Shown here: positions 30,271 through 32,000 of the stretch, one piece after another | How the letters are laid out: each line of letters begins with the position of its first letter | Numbering within the stretch: the first letter of the stretch is position 1 | DNA from: Methanothermobacter thermautotrophicus str. Delta H | Lineage (GTDB): Archaea; Methanobacteriota; Methanobacteria; Methanobacteriales; Methanothermobacteraceae | Reading direction: 5' to 3' | NCBI RefSeq assembly: GCF_000008645.1 | Contig: NC_000916.1 | Coordinates: 480,001 to 512,000 of the forward strand | Length of the DNA: 32,000 nucleotides | Position numbers and translations under genes: made by a program | The notes under the pieces: model-generated | Seen by the model: the letters and a program-made list of their open reading frames with translations, nothing else | Database searches by the model: none | Told to the model about the DNA's origin: nothing

Positions 30271-30887
30271 CCATGAAGAAGGTTCTGATTGCCATTGCAG
30301 TGCTTGCCATCATCGCCGTTTCAGGTGCATTTTACTACCTTGATCATGTGGATTCTGTTGACATAACCATAAAGACCGATGGTGTTAACATCACCGTTGA
30401 GGCCGACACCATCTTCTTCCAGAAGGTCCCCGCAGGGATGGAGCAGGAGATAGGGGACTACATGGCGGATGTCATCAATGACCCTGACAGCACCGTTGAA
30501 TCAATAAAAAAGGACGTGACCGACATAGCAGAGAGGTACGGTTACAGGGAGGTTAACGTCAGGATAGAGTCACAGTTCGGTGTTGACCAGCTCCCAATGC
30601 CGGCCGTTGTGAGCGGTGACTCAATGTATCCAACACTGAAGGACGGCCAGGATCTCATAGTCCTCAAGACAGACAGGTACACCGTGGGGGACATAGTAAT
30701 AGCAAGGCACCCTGAATACGGCCTCATTGTGAAGAGGGTCGGCAAGATCGAACCTGAAAGGGTCTACCTGATGAGTGATAACAAGAAGGTTGAACGCATC
30801 TACACTCCGACCTCTGTTATTGTGAGAACACCCCTGAACACATGGGTTCCAAGGTCAGCCATTGTGGGTGTTGTGAAGGAGTACTGA
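30267..30887 (+). CDS. Signal peptidase I-like serine protease (S26/S24 type) with N-terminal TM
   Basis: VVSGDSMYPTLKDGQDLIVLKT...VGDIVIARHPEYGLIVKRVGKIEPERVYLMSDN. Confidence 0.85.
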   Translation: MTMKKVLIAIAVLAIIAVSGAFYYLDHVDSVDITIKTDGVNITVEADTIFFQKVPAGMEQEIGDYMADVINDPDSTVESIKKDVTDIAERYGYREVNVRIESQFGVDQLPMPAVVSGDSMYPTLKDGQDLIVLKTDRYTVGDIVIARHPEYGLIVKRVGKIEPERVYLMSDNKKVERIYTPTSVIVRTPLNTWVPRSAIVGVVKEY

Positions 30888-31112
30888 AACCCTTTCTGGA
30901 CCTCCAGAATCAGAGATTCCCAGCAACATTATTTTTTGATGACACCATCTTCCTTTTTGAGGACATACCTTCTCTGTCTCAACACCATGGTGACTCACTC
31001 TATGGATCTGCAGCTAATCTAGATCCAGGTACTGAAAAACCGTTTCAAAGAACTCAAATTCAAAAAAAATTGATGAACTCAGACAATTCCCTCAGAGAAA
31101 GATAAAAAAGAA

Positions 31113-31983
31113 TCAGGTGAATTTGGACAGCCTCTCAACCCTCTTAAGCATGTTCGGGTGTGTTGATAACAGTTCAAGGATCCTTGCACCCAGTCCGACC
31201 TTAACTCCACCGTATTTTATCCTCTGGAGTTCAGCGAGGTCTATGGTCCCATCCATGTTCATGTCAAGCTGGCGGAGGTCCTCTATCTCACCGTACGCCG
31301 CTGACACATCATTCAGGAAGAAGGCCTTGACACCCTCGACCTGTTTCAGGTCGTCCCTGTTGAACTGGGCTGAGCCGTAGCACAAGCTTGTAGAGTGCGC
31401 TTGCAAGTTTGTGTGGCTGACCACCAATCTCCACACTACCCTGGTCAGCGTAGTACTCCCTTGTCCTTGATATGAAGAGTACTATGAGCTGACCTATGAA
31501 GTATGCAATGAGGGCTGCAATACCCACCAGATTTGCCTCATCATCCCTGCTGAAGACCGTGCTCCAGAATATGTAGTAGCATATGAGGGGGACGGCGCTC
31601 ACCAGGGTCATGACTATCATGTCGCTGTGCTTTATATGGGAGATTTCATGTCCGAGGACTGCCCTCAGTTCCTCCTCATCAAGGAGGTTGAGTATTCCCC
31701 GGGTCACACAAACCCTTCCATCAGCCTTTGTTCTTCCGAAGGCGAATGCGTTGGGCAATGCGATCTCCGCTATTCCGACCATTGGTTTGGGTATGCCGGC
31801 CCTTCGTGCAAGTTCATCCACCATTGCATGCAGTCGGGGTGCCTCGGCTTCGCTCACGTAGTGGACGTTCATTGTGAGTTCCACTATCTTCGGGGAGATG
31901 AGGTACTGCAGGAATATCACTCCGAAACCCAGGAGGGCATAGAAGAGTGGTCCTCCAAGTCCCAGGATGGATCCTACGACCAT
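31113..31983 (-). CDS. htpX: HtpX-family M48 metalloprotease, frameshifted near 31378-31384, with an internal EF-hand-like loop; N-terminus probably beyond or near the window edge
   Basis: VLGHEISHIKHSD zinc motif in ORF 31309-31983. C-terminal YGSAQFNRDDLKQVEGVKAFFLND...STHPNMLKRVERLSKF in the shifted ORF 31113-31436. Confidence 0.85.
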
Positions 31984-32000
31984 GAGTATCGCATAGATCA

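Noticed and set aside
1-32000. CRISPR arrays, transposons, integrases, rRNA/tRNA
   Set aside because: Looked for regularly spaced 24-37 nt repeats, DDE/tyrosine recombinase motifs and tRNA-like sequences and recognised none. Absence is by eye only.

Overview
Methanogen chromosomal window, almost certainly Methanothermobacter judging by protein content and GGTGAT-type ribosome binding sites. It is mostly housekeeping: korA/korB, a nurA-herA-mre11-rad50 repair operon, PolX, GGGP synthase, L40e, tsr3, a chelatase-like AAA+/VWA pair, DUF116, TatD-like hydrolase, HMG-CoA reductase, a succinyl-CoA-synthetase-like alpha subunit, aroD, signal peptidase and HtpX. No CRISPR array, tRNA/rRNA or transposase was seen. 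The best candidate for something new is the 853-aa ORF at 16698-19259. It combines a degenerate PD-(D/E)XK/NERD-like N-terminus, an SF1 (UvrD-like) helicase and a C-terminal region with a HEPN-type RNase motif (RNVWEGHG). Other notable items are a stand-alone TIR-like protein (MTH538 type, the fold of Thoeris ThsB), a receiver-receiver-TM-processive GT2 fusion, a secreted transglutaminase-like protein with a perfect 9-nt (K-Y-K) repeat, an EF-hand loop inside HtpX, and a herA-mre11 read-through ORF. At least six coding disruptions or junction anomalies lie within 32 kb (herA, Zn-ribbon/YbjQ, REC1, GT2, the AAA/VWA in-frame TGA, htpX). They need checking against an independent assembly before any are interpreted biologically.
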